DNA of 63,621 nucleotides, the filler included, from Nemertoderma westbladi (lineage: Eukaryota > Animalia > Xenacoelomorpha): the NCBI GenBank assembly GCA_032718475.1. It is 3 parts of 3 records of this genome, joined end to end, with 100 filler letters (N's around TTAATTAATTAA, not from the genome) between each part and the next. Parts side by side here need not be neighbours in the genome. Positions count along the whole stretch, not along the records: positions 1 to 25,775 come from JAUCBJ010002422.1; 2 more parts are not named here. One strand, written 5' to 3'. A program made the position numbers and the translations under genes. Positions within the stretch are counted from its first letter, which is position 1; each line of letters begins with the position of its first letter. Positions 1-12,250 of this stretch are shown here, piece after piece. Below the pieces are notes generated by a model. That model made no database searches. It was not told the DNA's origin and saw only the letters and a program-made list of their open reading frames with translations.

Positions 1-742
1 TTAAGTGCAGATGTCGTCGAATTTACGTCAATGCAGAACCAACTAATGAACCACATTGAATTTACGTTATTTCTTAACTTCAATTCAACGAAGACCATAT
101 GCTCTGTACAGAGAGTATGTTGTGGGTCGTGCAATTACAATGCAATTTGAACGTATAATGAACGTAGACAGTAATTAGCCTGTATAAACTGGAGCCTGCT
201 AAGCAGTTGGCGGGGGATCAGCGGGATTTCGAAATTAATGGAACTCTCTTTGTATGTGTAGCACTCGTAGTCTACCTACTACTGTATAGTGTTTTCCTGG
301 TTTAATACAAAACATGTGGCCAGCCAATAATTCTATAACTGGCTGGAACTTCCCGAGTCATCCAAAAACATGTGGCCATCCTGATAAACCATACTGGCAT
401 AATACCTGGCTGGATTTTCCCATCCAACATCAAAGCCCTTATAACAGTATAATATCTGTCTGTATACCGTAATACCTGAATTCAGTTTAGCATTCCTTCA
501 TTCGGTATCGTGTAATAATTTTATACAGTTAAAAGAAATATAATTGATGTACAGTATTTATAATAAAATAAAAGTTTTGTAAGAAGTACATCTCTAATAA
601 ATCTTTTACTATTTTATATTACCGTAATCGGCATTATTAATTCAAATAGGGACTATTATATTATTATCGCACATTTTTAAAAGCGAACTGCAGTACGTTC
701 CAATGGAAACTATAAATATATATATGATATAAATATATATAA

Positions 743-785
<43 letters not shown>

Positions 786-2494
786 TATATTAATAATATA
801 TATAATAATATATAATAATATATATAATAACAATATTATAAAACACTATAAAACATGCTTATAATTAAATTTGTCAGGTGTGACCCAAGGTGTAGTAATA
901 CCCATTACGGGGCATGCACATTGGTAGGGTACACCAGAACTGTACGCCTAACTTATTTGCCGTGTATAGATGCGCTTATGGCTTATTTTGTAGTACAACG
1001 GTGTCCATTGCTTGTATTGGAGCCTGTAGGCCAAGAGAAGGTTACTGTGTCTTGTCTGAATCAAGATTGTACCGTTCAGGTGGTCGGGCAGTTTATTGTG
1101 CTAGGCGCATTACAAATAGGGCTATTTGGGATACTAACACCTACCGTGTCCCCGCCGACATTCTGATAAGAAGTTGCCACGCCCACCTAGGCAACCAAAA
1201 TTCTAGATAGGTATCGTAACTGTACGCCTACTGTAGTAAACTAACACATTTCTTCTTAGTATTAGGGACCTGGTAGATTTAAATTGCCGAATTCCGGGCG
1301 TAGTTACTAACCTTATGCCTGAATTTGAGTCCTGGAAATACACAAAGGGGGAAGGAGCCTTATCATCTGTGAGTATTAGACCTACAGACCGCAAAATTAG
1401 AATATTTGTAAAATGCACACCGGACCCAGTAAATTATATAATATGAAGGGATACAAAACTAAAGTTCGATTATAAAGTTCAACACACACACGCGTTTAGG
1501 AATTATTTACACCTCGAAATATATAAAATAATTTGTCCACGCCGCAGTTCGTCCGCTAGTTGGATATTTAGCTAGCAAACCCCACCCCATATAAATCACA
1601 CCGCGGCAAAGTATACGAGCGCCTTTAGTCCGTCAGCAAGTCAGCACGATTGTTAGGATTCGCTGCGCGGGATTTTGTATTATCGAAGTTTGTCCGTTCG
1701 TAGACTGTTTTCTGCCTCACCGGTTAACGAGACCGATACTGCAATAGATTCGCTTACTTAGAGTTTACTGTTTTGGTGAGAAGGTTGGATTTATGCTTTA
1801 TTATTCACAGACTTTACAGTAGGATATTGCAGGATTCACATATAGTAGAGATGTGATTTCGGAACCTACAAATGTGCAACCAGCCCCTCCTAGTCTAATC
1901 AATTCAAGTAAATAAAGTGAAGTTATTGCAACTAAAATTTATTAATATTATTGAAAATATTAACCAAACATAAACCAATAACCCATAACGATCTTACGTT
2001 GTGATAACCATCACACATATAAACTTGTAACATATACAGTAGCAGAATAGTCAAGGTTCAGTCTCTTCTAAAGCTTATTGTGAATTCAAACTGCAAAATA
2101 AATAATAAAAAAGTTAAAGTAAATAATATTATAGTAAATAAAACTTTAATATATATTTATTCAGGAACTACAGTAATATTAATCAGGAACTTTTAACCCA
2201 AATATATCATATCGTGTTGTTTATTTATTTTCCATATAGAAATGTTATACGAAATACCTTAAAGCAACCAAATAGCAGAATATTTCATAGAGATGGTGAT
2301 GGAGGTCATTAGGAATTTAGTGAAATAAAATTAAATCTTTAATATTAAATTGTTCACACATTGCGTTTCCTACCCGCGGCAAGTGGTTTTACTCAGTAGA
2401 ATAAAAATAAATTTTATAATTAAATATAAAAGTTAGTTTCCAACGCTACTCTATTGAAATTATTCAGTAACTTTATATAAAACTTACAGTTTTA

Positions 2495-3268
2495 CTAAAT
2501 CAAAATCTTCATTTCAACTCGAGAAGTCGGACTCCCTGAAGTAAAATGATCCCAATAAGGTCCTTTCCCACTCTCATCACCATATTTTCCGTTCAAGTTA
2601 CTATTAGTGCAGTAGTTGTACCACCACGCCCCAGTATGTCCTACGGCGCAGTTGTGGGAATTAAAGCTGTCATTATCGCGGTCCTTGGTAGTGAATAGCT
2701 GACCGTTGTGATACGCCAATGAGTTACCAGCAGTACCATGGTAACCGGATACATGTAGGCGATAATTAGTTGCAGCTGATCCGATAGAGAAGTTGTCGTA
2801 TACCGCGAATTTGTGTTCGTTTTTGTAATACTTTGATGGGCCGAGATGATTGTAAGGATTTGTATTAGGTTTAGCTATCCCCTTTCCAGTGAACCACAAA
2901 TCGACTCTCAACTTCACCCCGCCTTTAGTCAGCTTGTGGATCGTCTCCAACCCCAACCAAAAATTGGTATTCCAGTCGCCAAATCCTCGAACATATTCAT
3001 CCCAGTTTCGATAGAAGTCAACAGATCCATCAACTCTTTGTTGAATCTTTATCTCCCGACCATCAACTGTTTTTTGAATCTTTATCCCCTGTCCAAACAA
3101 GATGTTGGTTAAGAAACTAACATTGTTCTTTAGCTCATTGACTTGGACAGATAGGTTTGTATTTACATTGACTTGGTCAGTTAGGGTTGTATTTATATCG
3201 TTTACTTGGTCACTCAACCCATCAATATGTTTTTCCAACTCTGTATTCTGTTCTTCCAGCTCTGTAAC
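2495..3268 (-). CDS. Fibrinogen C-terminal domain (FReD) protein, terminal exon (ficolin/angiopoietin-like/tenascin-type domain preceded by a coiled coil)
   Basis: ORF has the motifs IQQRVDGSVDFYRNWDEYVRGFG, FWLGLE, FTTKDRDND, NCA..GAWWY..C..SNLNG and EMKI. The frame stays open up to a splice acceptor (atttcttaacAG|GTT at 3269/3268), so upstream exons exist but were not resolved. Confidence 0.93.
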   Translation of the reverse strand, partial: VTELEEQNTELEKHIDGLSDQVNDINTTLTDQVNVNTNLSVQVNELKNNVSFLTNILFGQGIKIQKTVDGREIKIQQRVDGSVDFYRNWDEYVRGFGDWNTNFWLGLETIHKLTKGGVKLRVDLWFTGKGIAKPNTNPYNHLGPSKYYKNEHKFAVYDNFSIGSAATNYRLHVSGYHGTAGNSLAYHNGQLFTTKDRDNDSFNSHNCAVGHTGAWWYNYCTNSNLNGKYGDESGKGPYWDHFTSGSPTSRVEMKILI

Positions 3269-3784
3269 CTGTTAAGAAATATTTTTATAATTTTTTATAA
3301 ATTCAACTCAACTTAAAAGTCACATTTACAACATTTTTGAAATCTCATGAAATTAAATTTAGCAAATAATTATGTTACAAATGAATAAAGCGGCAGTGTG
3401 GCGCACATGGGTTTCAAATGAGAAAGAGTTACAAATTTGAAAATGGCACTCAGTGCCGGCGGCGCCGCCTCTATGTGGGGTAGGATAAGTAGTAATGTCA
3501 GCTATATATAAATATCTTTGTTACGATAAGAAAATAAACCTTGTTCCGATCATATTTATTGGGAAGAAAAATATTATTTATTGAAAATTTTTTACATTGT
3601 TCACTACTTTTTCCTTCCAGTCCAATCATTTCTGGTGAATGTGAGTTTAATGTTGAAAAAGTGCGATTCAATACTGTGGATATAAAATAATAATAATAAT
3701 TTAATATAACTAATACACTTACATTAATGGCTCCACATTGTCCATCATTTGCCTGTAATAATAATTAAATTATATATAGCTCTG

Positions 3785-4350
3785 TCGTGCAATGTAAAAA
3801 GACCGTAAGTCGCATTTTTCCAAAAGTCACTTTTTCTGGGTCTAAAAAATGCGCTCCATCTAATGGTATAATTGAGAACACCGTATCTACTCTCGTTCTC
3901 GAGATATGCAATGTAGAAAGGCCGTCGTAAGTCACAACATGTATAGTGTTACAAAGGAAAAAGACCGTAAAAGCAATACTTACAAAAGACCACAACTACT
4001 TAAATTTATGCAAAAAACACCGTAAATCAACAAGACTTACGGTGTTTTGTCATTGCATAGATAATAAGAAAACGCACATACGGTTTTATTGAAATATGTT
4101 TCTTGAAATATGTATTTACATTATACAGTAGGTTGTACAATACAAAAATACAAAAAATAACCCTGACGTCAAAATATTAATGGAAAGTGAAAAATAATCA
4201 CATAGAAAAATTTCCCACCCCCAATTGCGTACACGGTTATAAAAAATTTGTAATTTGCGGACATTTTAAACCAACAATCTGAAGGAAAACAGTAATTTAC
4301 GTTTTACTCGAAATGACTTTTTGTTACTTGCGGTCTTTTCATATTACACG
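3785..4350. mobile_element. Possible MITE with imperfect terminal inverted repeats
   Basis: tcgtgcaatgtaaaaagaccgtaag (about 3785) is an imperfect reverse complement of cttgcggtcttttcatattacacgg (about 4327-4351); the accgtaa motif recurs internally. Confidence 0.4.
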
Positions 4351-5439
4351 GTTGATCGTATCAACCGTATCACTAATTGATGAAATAATAATACATTTAT
4401 TTACTAAATAAATAATAATACTGGTTAAGTTACAGTATTTAGTGTGGGGCGAGCCACGAAGTGAGTGAGCCTTAGCGTAGTGGTACCATTAATCAACCTG
4501 TCGTTCTGTCGTGTTCAATTTTAAACGTTAATAACTCGGCCAATCTTTGATGAAATCTATCCAAACTTGGTACACATGTTGTTTGGCAAAAGTTTAGAAA
4601 TTTTCCAAGTAGAATTTCCGTGTGGCCTTCGAGAAGCTAAGATAATAGCAGTTAATTAGTTAATTAAGTTGATTGCGGTGAAAACGCCATTTTCAACCTG
4701 CCTTTTAAAGGAAATTAATTGTTTTACAGTATAAGATTTAAATAATTATACTTAAAAATTATACAGATATAATCCCCATACGCCATTCTATTATAGTTTT
4801 TAATTAGTTTAAGTGATTTGCTTTAATAAATGTGTCTTTAATTGATCTAAACGTAATTAAACCGCACAATTATTGAGTACAAATTTAATCCTTCCCATTA
4901 TTGGTCAAGTCTCTGCTGGTGTGGAGCTAGCTGCTGGGAGTTGTGGCTGTAGACTAACCTGAGAGGAATTGTAATAGAGGCAACCAGTATTGCTATTCCA
5001 GCCCAATCACTGAATTGTGTTTATTATAGGCTGGACGGGCCGCATAACCGTTCGACTATTACTACTATTGCTATCTCAGTTAAATGACAGATATAATAAC
5101 ATAAATACAATCCATGGCATGGCTGTTGTAGGCTTCTGAAATAGTTTATTCCACAATGTATATGTCTGGTTATTTTTTAATTGAATTTTTGCAAAGTAGT
5201 ACAATTAATGTTCTTAAAAATAATATTATTATTTTATATGTAACCTAGGAAATTAGCTACATTTTTTCGCTGCAGCTTTAAGAGTGTACATTGATTTAAT
5301 ATTATTTCAATACCCATATTACTACATCGGCATAAGATGCGTTGGCGTTGTATCACACATCTCCACATATCACACATCTCCACATAGATGTATCAACAGT
5401 TACTCGCACAGTTTCGAAACTTTGCATAGTTATAACTGT

Positions 5440-5725
5440 ATAAAGATCGTCAGTCTGCGTTTAGGAAAAATATTTTATGACAAAACAGGACAAGCGACGA
5501 GCGCAACGAGGCATATAATGAAGACGAGTACTGCGTTGACTAAATTATTATATAAACCACCTGGCTTCACATATTGATCGCATCCCTAGTTATTATTATT
5601 ATAAAGATCGTCCTAGCTTGCGTTTAAGAAATATATTTAAATACAAAACAGGACGAACGCAAAGAGGCTTATAATGAAAACGAGTACTGCGTTTATTATA
5701 TTCCTATAAACCACCTGGCTTTGCA
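5440..5725. repeat. Local duplication of about 130 bp; also a dispersed repeat
   Basis: taaagatcgtc...caaaacagga...acgagtactgcgtt...tataaaccacctggctt occurs twice; an inverted copy lies near 25660-25750. Confidence 0.65.
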
Positions 5726-6334
5726 TATTTAACGTGCGATTGGAAATAAGTTCGTGCTACCCTTCCGTGGGTGGTAGATGTCGCGGTTATGTATTGGTGG
5801 TTGGGAAGGGTGGGGGGGGGGGGGGGGAGATTAAAAGGGGTGAACACGTACTGTCCACCTTTCTTTGATTGATTGGTGGTGTGGGTAAATTTCTCAAAAC
5901 CTGATTTTGTGATACAGTCGCTGCATTTTAATTTGTATATAATAACTAGGCCTCGTGCTGCGCGAAGTCCCCACGAACGTGTTACTATCGCTAATATTAT
6001 TTTACATGCTACTCCAAAAAGTGGTCCTGCCAGAAAATTTTGAAAAATCCACCACATTACAATATTACAAGAAAACTGGTATGAGTTGGGGAACAACTGC
6101 GGTGGGGACAATGGAACAGCAAATGTGGACACGGGAATGAGACGTGGCCAGGGAAACAGACGTGGACAGACGGATATCCAACGCCACATGGGGAGACCTG
6201 TTGTGGAGAAGGGGACACCCAATGGTGGAGACGGGGATAACCTAACAAACAAAAAGGACAACTGGACAACCAATATGGATATCCCGACACATCAGACTGG
6301 GGGAAGCCATAATAATGGTACGTACTAAAAGGTA

Positions 6335-6915
6335 GTCCGTAATAATCGTACTATAACGGGCTATAACGATCTATAACGGGCTATAACTTCCTATAACGAG
6401 CTATAATATGAACATTTACATTTAAAAAAAAACGCCCCTTGGGTGTGTTTAACTTTTGGATTAACATGGTGGTCTGAAAAATACCGCAGGTTAAAAATTA
6501 GGGTAGGCCTGTCTGCCTATGTCTAATTGATACTGGTAAGTTTTTTTTATTGGCATATATTGCTCACTATATTCCTGTATTCTATATGGACCAGAAGCTG
6601 ACAGCGGATAGCAGGATGGATGATAGACAGAGAGATGGGAGACCTATCCACTGTTGCACTGTCTGATAGTGAGATAGTGCAGTAGTGGCATGCTGACTAA
6701 TGCAGTAATGACTGATTTCGTGATACCACAAAGATGAAAAGCATTATGGACTAAAAAACCAAATTGCGTAATTAAATTTACTGACTAGGAAAATATATCC
6801 ATTCTAAAATATGTTTTTTTATTGTAAATTTTCAAATTATTGCTCATCGGTATAGGTGGTTATAACCCGTTATAGATCGTTATAGCACGTTATGGATCGT
6901 TCTACCATCTATAGA
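6335..6915. mobile_element. MITE-like element with inverted 10-bp subterminal repeats
   Basis: (ctataacggg/ctataacgat)n at 6350-6405 is mirrored by (cccgttatag/atcgttatag)n at 6860-6905. Confidence 0.5.
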
Positions 6916-7110
6916 AAACCAGTCCTAAAACTCGACAAAAACCAGAAAAAATGTGAACTGAATAACTTACAGACGGTTTGTGAGGAACTGGATATTGGCT
7001 ACTAGTCATGTCTGCGCAGCAACTCTCTTTAGGATGCTAACCGTTTATTTAGGTTGTGGGAAAATTCTGTTAGAAAAGTTTTTCTGCTATAAAGAATACA
7101 ACTAACATCG

Positions 7111-7332
7111 TTACTTTATCACGTGAGCAGCATTAATTAAACTAACCTGATCTAGAATCGAACCGGATTTAGTTCCATTGTTTCCATCGTAACATACATG
7201 TAAGGTAACACTCAACCCACAGTTGATGAGGTACAACTTCCTCCCTTCTCTGTCGCAGACTTCTGTTGGATTTACTGGCGAAAGGAAAAGAGCTGACAGC
7301 AGAGAAAATAGTTGAAGACTTACGGGTAACAT
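7111..7332 (-). CDS. Putative small secreted cysteine-containing peptide (first exon possibly 7332-7147)
   Basis: ATG start, hydrophobic signal-like N-terminus (MLPVSLQLFSLLSALFLSPVNP), 3 Cys, TATAAATA about 90 nt upstream, candidate donor CAG|GTTAGT at 7147 and acceptor at 7067. Two degenerate paralogous segments lie nearby. Confidence 0.4.
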   Translation of the reverse strand: MLPVSLQLFSLLSALFLSPVNPTEVCDREGRKLYLINCGLSVTLHVCYDGNNGTKSGSILDQVSLINAAHVIK

Positions 7333-7417
7333 TTTTACAGTATTTGTAAATAACTTTGTAACTAAAGTTTAGATAATTTTCTGTTAAAGAATGGTTTTAA
7401 TGCCCTAAAAATCCTCC

Positions 7418-7425
7418 TATTTATA
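7418..7425 (-). promoter_or_regulatory. Candidate TATA box
   Basis: tatttata on + reads TATAAATA on -, upstream of the 7332 ATG. Confidence 0.3.
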
Positions 7426-7579
7426 CACTTTTGAAAAAGGCAATCAATAAAGTCTCATAAAGGCAATCAAATGCTACAACTATTAAAACCTATTATAGAA
7501 CAATTATTAGTAACTACCTCATTCTAGATACCACTGTATGTTGCTCTATTGCTTTAAATTGCATTCTAATGGTTAACAG

Positions 7580-7765
7580 TTAGAGACAGACTGCCTGGCG
7601 CCTGACTGCCAGTTACAAACAGACTGCTGGCTCCTGGCTACCAGTTACAGACAGACTGCTGGCGCCTGGCTACCAGTTTCAGACAGACTGCTGGCGACCA
7701 TTTACAAACAGACTGCTGGCGCCTAGCTACCAGTTACAGACATACTGCTGGCATCTGGCTACCAG
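7580..7765 (+). repeat. About 29-30 bp tandem repeat (acagactgctggcgcctggctaccagtt)
   Basis: About 6 units; resumes at 8078-8133 after the LINE insertion; further units at 9985-10053 and about 11290. Confidence 0.85.
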
Positions 7766-7769
7766 GTTC

Positions 7770-8077
7770 CATTGGTTCCCCCAAGCTTGACACTAGAACA
7801 AAATCGCCTCCGCTTTGCAGGACATTGCTTTCGCCGTGAGGACCAGCCAGTGCATAATCTTGTACTTTGGCAGCCTCATGGAGTGAATAAGCATGGTGGA
7901 CAGCCCATGACTTTCTTGAGACGCATCTTAAAGGACACTGGCCTTAAAGATGCGGATGATCTAGCAAATGTCATGGGTGATAGGGAGTTGTGGCGGCGCA
8001 ATTTTGTTGACAAGCCGGCACAGCATTCTTAAAAATGCAGCTGCAATGCAGCATGCCGATCCTAGTAGTAGTAGTAG
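7770..8077 (+). mobile_element. RTE-like LINE, 5'-truncated 3' end
   Basis: Near-identical to 33396-33698 (RLRFAGHCFR motif); ends in gcagcatgccgatcc(tag)n; gctaccag on both flanks. Confidence 0.9.
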
Positions 8078-8133
8078 GCTACCAGTTACAGACAAACAGC
8101 GGGCGTCTGGCTACCAGTTACAGACAGACTGCT

Positions 8134-8665
8134 TCCGGATTGCTGACTTCCGGATCCATGATCCCAGGTAACAGAAGTCATCCACATGCTCAAGCATACC
8201 ATCCTTTGAGCTTATGATCATCCGATCAGAGACTTGCTGAGGACTTTCAAAGTTAACTGTCAAAATTTTGGTCTTTCTGGAATTAATAAAAAGACCAATA
8301 CTAGAAGCAGCCTGTTCTAATGAGCTGAGAAGCCGTTGGGCTCCCTCTTGTGATTCTGAGAGTACTCCTAAGTCATCAGCAAAGTCTAGATCAGTTAGGT
8401 ACTTGGCAGGATTTCCCCGACTTCTGGAGCCAGTAGGTGGAGTTAGTTACCATCACCCCATTATAATTATGATGATCTAAGGACATGCGTAGAACATAGT
8501 CAACCACAATTATGAACAAGAATGGCGCAAGTGTGTCTCCATGGAGGACACCCATAATACTTCACAATTTCACATGGTTCTATGTCACCATCAACAGTAG
8601 ACACAAATGTTGTCGAACCATCGTATACTGATCTGATTGCTGCAATAATTTCATCAGGAATCTTA
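8134..8665 (-). mobile_element. RTE-like LINE RT fragment, inverted
   Basis: Reverse complement of about 32605-33115 (GDTCAILV, LDFADD region) with indels. Confidence 0.88.
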
Positions 8666-8749
8666 TATAATGAATCTGCCTCGGATATGATACTAGGATA
8701 CAGCCATATCCGTACAGCAGTACATAGAGCAGTTGCCCTTGCGGGCAAC

Positions 8750-9472
8750 TGCTCCCTATACCACCCTCTGTGGCTCCAGCTCCACCCTTACCCCAGCCTC
8801 AACCCAATCCAACCGCTCCTCCCTATACCACCCGCTGTGGCTCATGCTCCACCCTTCCACCAGCGCAGCCTCAGCCCAATCCAACTGCTCCTACCTATAC
8901 AACCCTCTGTGGCTCCAGCTCCACCCTTCCACCATCCTCAGCCCAATCCAACTCCTCCTCCCGATACCACCAGCTGTGGCTCCAGCTCCACCCTTCCACC
9001 AGCCTCAGCCCAATCCAACTCCTCCTCGCGATACCACCCGCTGTGGCTCCAGCTCCACCCTTCCACCAGCCTCAGCCCAATCCAAGTGCTCCTCCCTATA
9101 CCACCCGCTGTGGCTCCAGCTCCACCCTTCCACCAGCCTCAGCCCAATCCAAGTGTTCCTCCCTATAACACCCGCTGTGGCTCCAGCTCCACCCTTCCAC
9201 CAGCCTCAGCCCAATCCAAGTGTTCCTCCCTATAACACCCGCTGTGGCTCCAACTCCACCCTTCCACCAACCTCAGCCCAATCCAACTCCTCCTCCCGAT
9301 ACCACCCGCTGTGGCTCCAGCTCCACCCTTCCACCAGTCTCAGCCCAATCCAAGTGCTCCTCCCTATAACACCCGCTGTGGCTCCAGCTCCACCCTTCCA
9401 CCAGCCTCAGCCCAATCCAACTCCTTCTCCCGATACCACCCGCTGTGGCTCCAGCACCACCCTTCTACCAGC
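8750..9472 (+). repeat. 60-bp C-rich minisatellite, about 12 units
   Basis: Unit cctccctataccacccgctgtggctccagctccacccttccaccagcctcagcccaatccaa. It is open in all three + frames, so the ORFs are repeat artefacts. Confidence 0.92.
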
Positions 9473-9699
9473 CTGCTGCAATGCAGCATGCCGATCCTAG
9501 TAGTAGTATTCTAGAATACAAAGGTAGTACGTTGAAACAACAGGACAGAAATCGCGGCACCGAAAATGGTCCTTTAACAGTATAATTTTAAATAATTATC
9601 GTTAATTCTTAAATTCTTTATAATAATTATCCTATATTCTTCTCATTTTTGACAAGATTATGTTGTCGTACTGATAATGTTTTGGGCAGTTTGGAGAAC

Positions 9700-10082
9700 A
9701 ATAAATTTTTTTTGAGTGTATAAACCGGGCTTTAAGGAAACATCCAACCCACACTTGATGAGGTACAAATTCCCATATTGTCGCACACGTCCGTTGGATT
9801 TACAGGCGAAATGAAAAGAGCTGACAGCAGAGAGCTTATGCAATCTATAAAGTATTATAAAGGCAATCAAAGGCGGCAAGTACTAAGACCTTTATAGAAC
9901 AATTATTAGTAACTAAATACCATAGTATAGATACCACTGTGTGTTAATTATCATTATAAATTACATTCTTATGATTAACGGTCACAGTCAGACTGCTGGC
10001 GCCTGGCTTCCAGTTATAGACAGACTGCTGACACCTGGCTACCAGTTACAGACAGGGGCGTCGCCAATTTTTACAACAACGT
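9700..10082 (-). pseudogene. Degenerate copy 2 of the 7.1-7.6 kb peptide locus
   Basis: Shares caacccacacttgatgaggtac, gttggatttac, agagctgacagcaga and tatagaacaattattagtaact; lacks the ATG/TATA segment. Confidence 0.55.
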
Positions 10083-10149
10083 AATTTACTTGAACAGTGA
10101 AAAAAGATTAATAAAATAAAAGGTTAATTAATTACACAACTCAAAAACC

Positions 10150-10330
10150 CTGGCGTGGGGTCACGCCTCTTCACGGGCATGGGGTGATGTGTCTCATCTC
10201 TACCCGGGCACGGGGTCATGTCTCTTCCCAGGCGCGGGTTCACGTCTCTTCCTCCACAGACACAGGGTAATGTCTCTTCCCGGGCACGGGGTCACACTTC
10301 TCCCCGGGCGCGGAATCATGGCGCGGAACA
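10150..10330 (+). repeat. About 26-bp degenerate tandem repeat (ccgggcacggggtcacgtctcttc)
   Basis: About 6-7 visible units. Confidence 0.7.
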
Positions 10331-11024
10331 TCATAATATTTTGCAGCATCGTAAGGGTAGAAGAACAGTGGTTAATTAGAACCACCTCAAAGGCTCATTC
10401 CAAAGTAAAGTACGGGACATTCGTACACAATTGTGAAATTGATTGCCTGTACAATGTTATCCACAGCACATATGTGCACAAAATTGTGCTTGGATGTCAG
10501 CTTTGATTTAGCTAAGATTATATGGCGGGACTCAAGTCACTTTTGAGGAAACACCAGCTTGTCTAATTACGGTAAAGTACGGATTCGTACGAAATGGTTT
10601 TTTATATTTTATGATTTCAATTCTAAAGTTTAGCGAATTGTGCGCAGGTACGGTGTTGAGTTGATGTTTAGGATAAAGCTGTATTATTAAGCTTAAATAA
10701 AAATATAAATATCAGACGAATTGCTACATTGCTAATTATTTACAACGTGGCTTGTGTGGTAAGGTATGGAAAAATTTGGACAAAATTTATGCAATTTAAT
10801 TTCAATTTAGCCAATAATTTTGTTACAAATGATTAAGGCGGCAGTGTGCCGCCCAAGGGGTTCAAATGAAAGATTTAAAAAATTTCGAAAATGGTTAAAG
10901 GTGGCCATGTGTTCCTTTGAGTGTAGGATAAGTATAATAATCTGGTCATCCTCTTCTTTATATATCTTTATATTTTATTGGTCATTGGAAGTAAAAATAT
11001 ATGTAATTTATCTTTAGTACGCAA

Positions 11025-11336
11025 AGGGTTAAGGAAACATCCAACCCACACTTGATGAGGTACAGCTTCCATTCTTTGTCGCCGCAGATGCCTGTTGGAT
11101 TTACTGCGATAGGAAAGGAGCTGACTCTGACAGCAGATAGCTTTATGCAATCAATATAGTCTCAAGGGGAATCAAAGGCGGCAAGTATTAAGATCTATTA
11201 TTGAACAATTATTAGTAACTAACCTTAGTATAGATACCATTGTATGTTCATTTATCACTTTAAAGTACATTCTTATGATTAACGGTCACAGACAGACTGC
11301 TTAGCGCCTGGCTTCCGCCAATTTTTACAACAACGT
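11025..11336 (-). pseudogene. Degenerate copy 3 of the 7.1-7.6 kb peptide locus
   Basis: Collinear with 9730-10082 (taaggaaacatccaacccacacttgatgaggtac ... cgccaatttttacaacaacgt). Confidence 0.55.
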
Positions 11337-11454
11337 CATGACCAACTAAAGATACGACACGCCAAGCTGCTGCAAAGCCCCTAAATTTAATGGGCCGAGT
11401 TATTTATCTTACATAGAATCCCTGAAACCAGTGTCGCAGCCACTAATACTGTAC

Positions 11455-11711
11455 TATTACTACTACTACGATCGGCGATGCTGCATTGCAGTTGCATTAT
11501 ATATATATTAAATATATATTAAGAATGCTATGCCAGCTTGTCGACAAAATTGCGCCGTCACAACACCCTATCACCCATGACATTTGCTAGATCATCAGCA
11601 TTTTCAAGGCCAGTGTCCTTTAAGATGCGTCTCAAGAAAGTCATGGGCTTGTCACCATGCTTATTCACTCCATGAGGCTGCCAAAGTACAAGATTATGCA
11701 CTGGCTGGTCT
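11455..11711 (-). mobile_element. RTE-like LINE 3' end, inverted
   Basis: (cta)n tail followed by the reverse complement of DQPVHNLVLWQPHG...LANVMGDR. Confidence 0.88.
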
Positions 11712-11939
11712 GTTAGTGAAATATTCCCAAACCAATATACGAGAATAACCGAGAATATGTGATGCAAAAAATGTCATGATTATGGGAGAAACAACCGGAG
11801 ATGACTTATTGACTATAGCGTGAGGGGTGGAATGACATGGTTACAATGCCATCTAAAAGGCAGATAGGGAGGGAAACTGAACACACACATAAAAATATCT
11901 CTCCAGGGGAAACTGGACGCAAATCCCAGAAATTGTGAA

Positions 11940-12250
11940 TTTGGGATTTGGATTTTGGTAATAAGGAATTTGGGAATAAGGAATTTGGGATTTGGGAATA
12001 AGGTATTTGGAATAAGGTATTTGGGATTTGGGAATAATGTGTTTGGGATTTGGGAATAAGGTATTTGGGATTTGGGAATAAGGTATTTGGGATTTGGGAA
12101 TAAGGTATTTGGGATTTGGGAATAAGGTATTTGGGATTAAGGTATTTGGGATTAAGGTATTTGGGATTAAGGTATTTGGGATTTGGGAATACGGTATTTG
12201 GGATTTGGGAATAAGGTATTCGGGATTTGGGAATAAGGAATTTGGGATCT
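11940..12250 (+). repeat. Left subterminal array (tttggga / ataaggtatttggg)n
   Basis: Mixed 7-nt and 15-16-nt units, G-rich on +. Confidence 0.92.

Noticed and set aside
855-1418. Overlapping ORFs of 70-100 aa
   Set aside because: No recognisable motifs; possibly decayed mobile DNA but unsupported.
8582-9514. Proline-rich extensin-like ORFs
   Set aside because: All three frames are open across a 60-bp repeat, and the starts lie in antisense LINE sequence.
11940-12250. True telomere or interstitial telomeric repeat
   Set aside because: Not the canonical TTAGGG/TTAGG repeat, interleaved with a second motif, and paired with an inverted copy inside TIRs.
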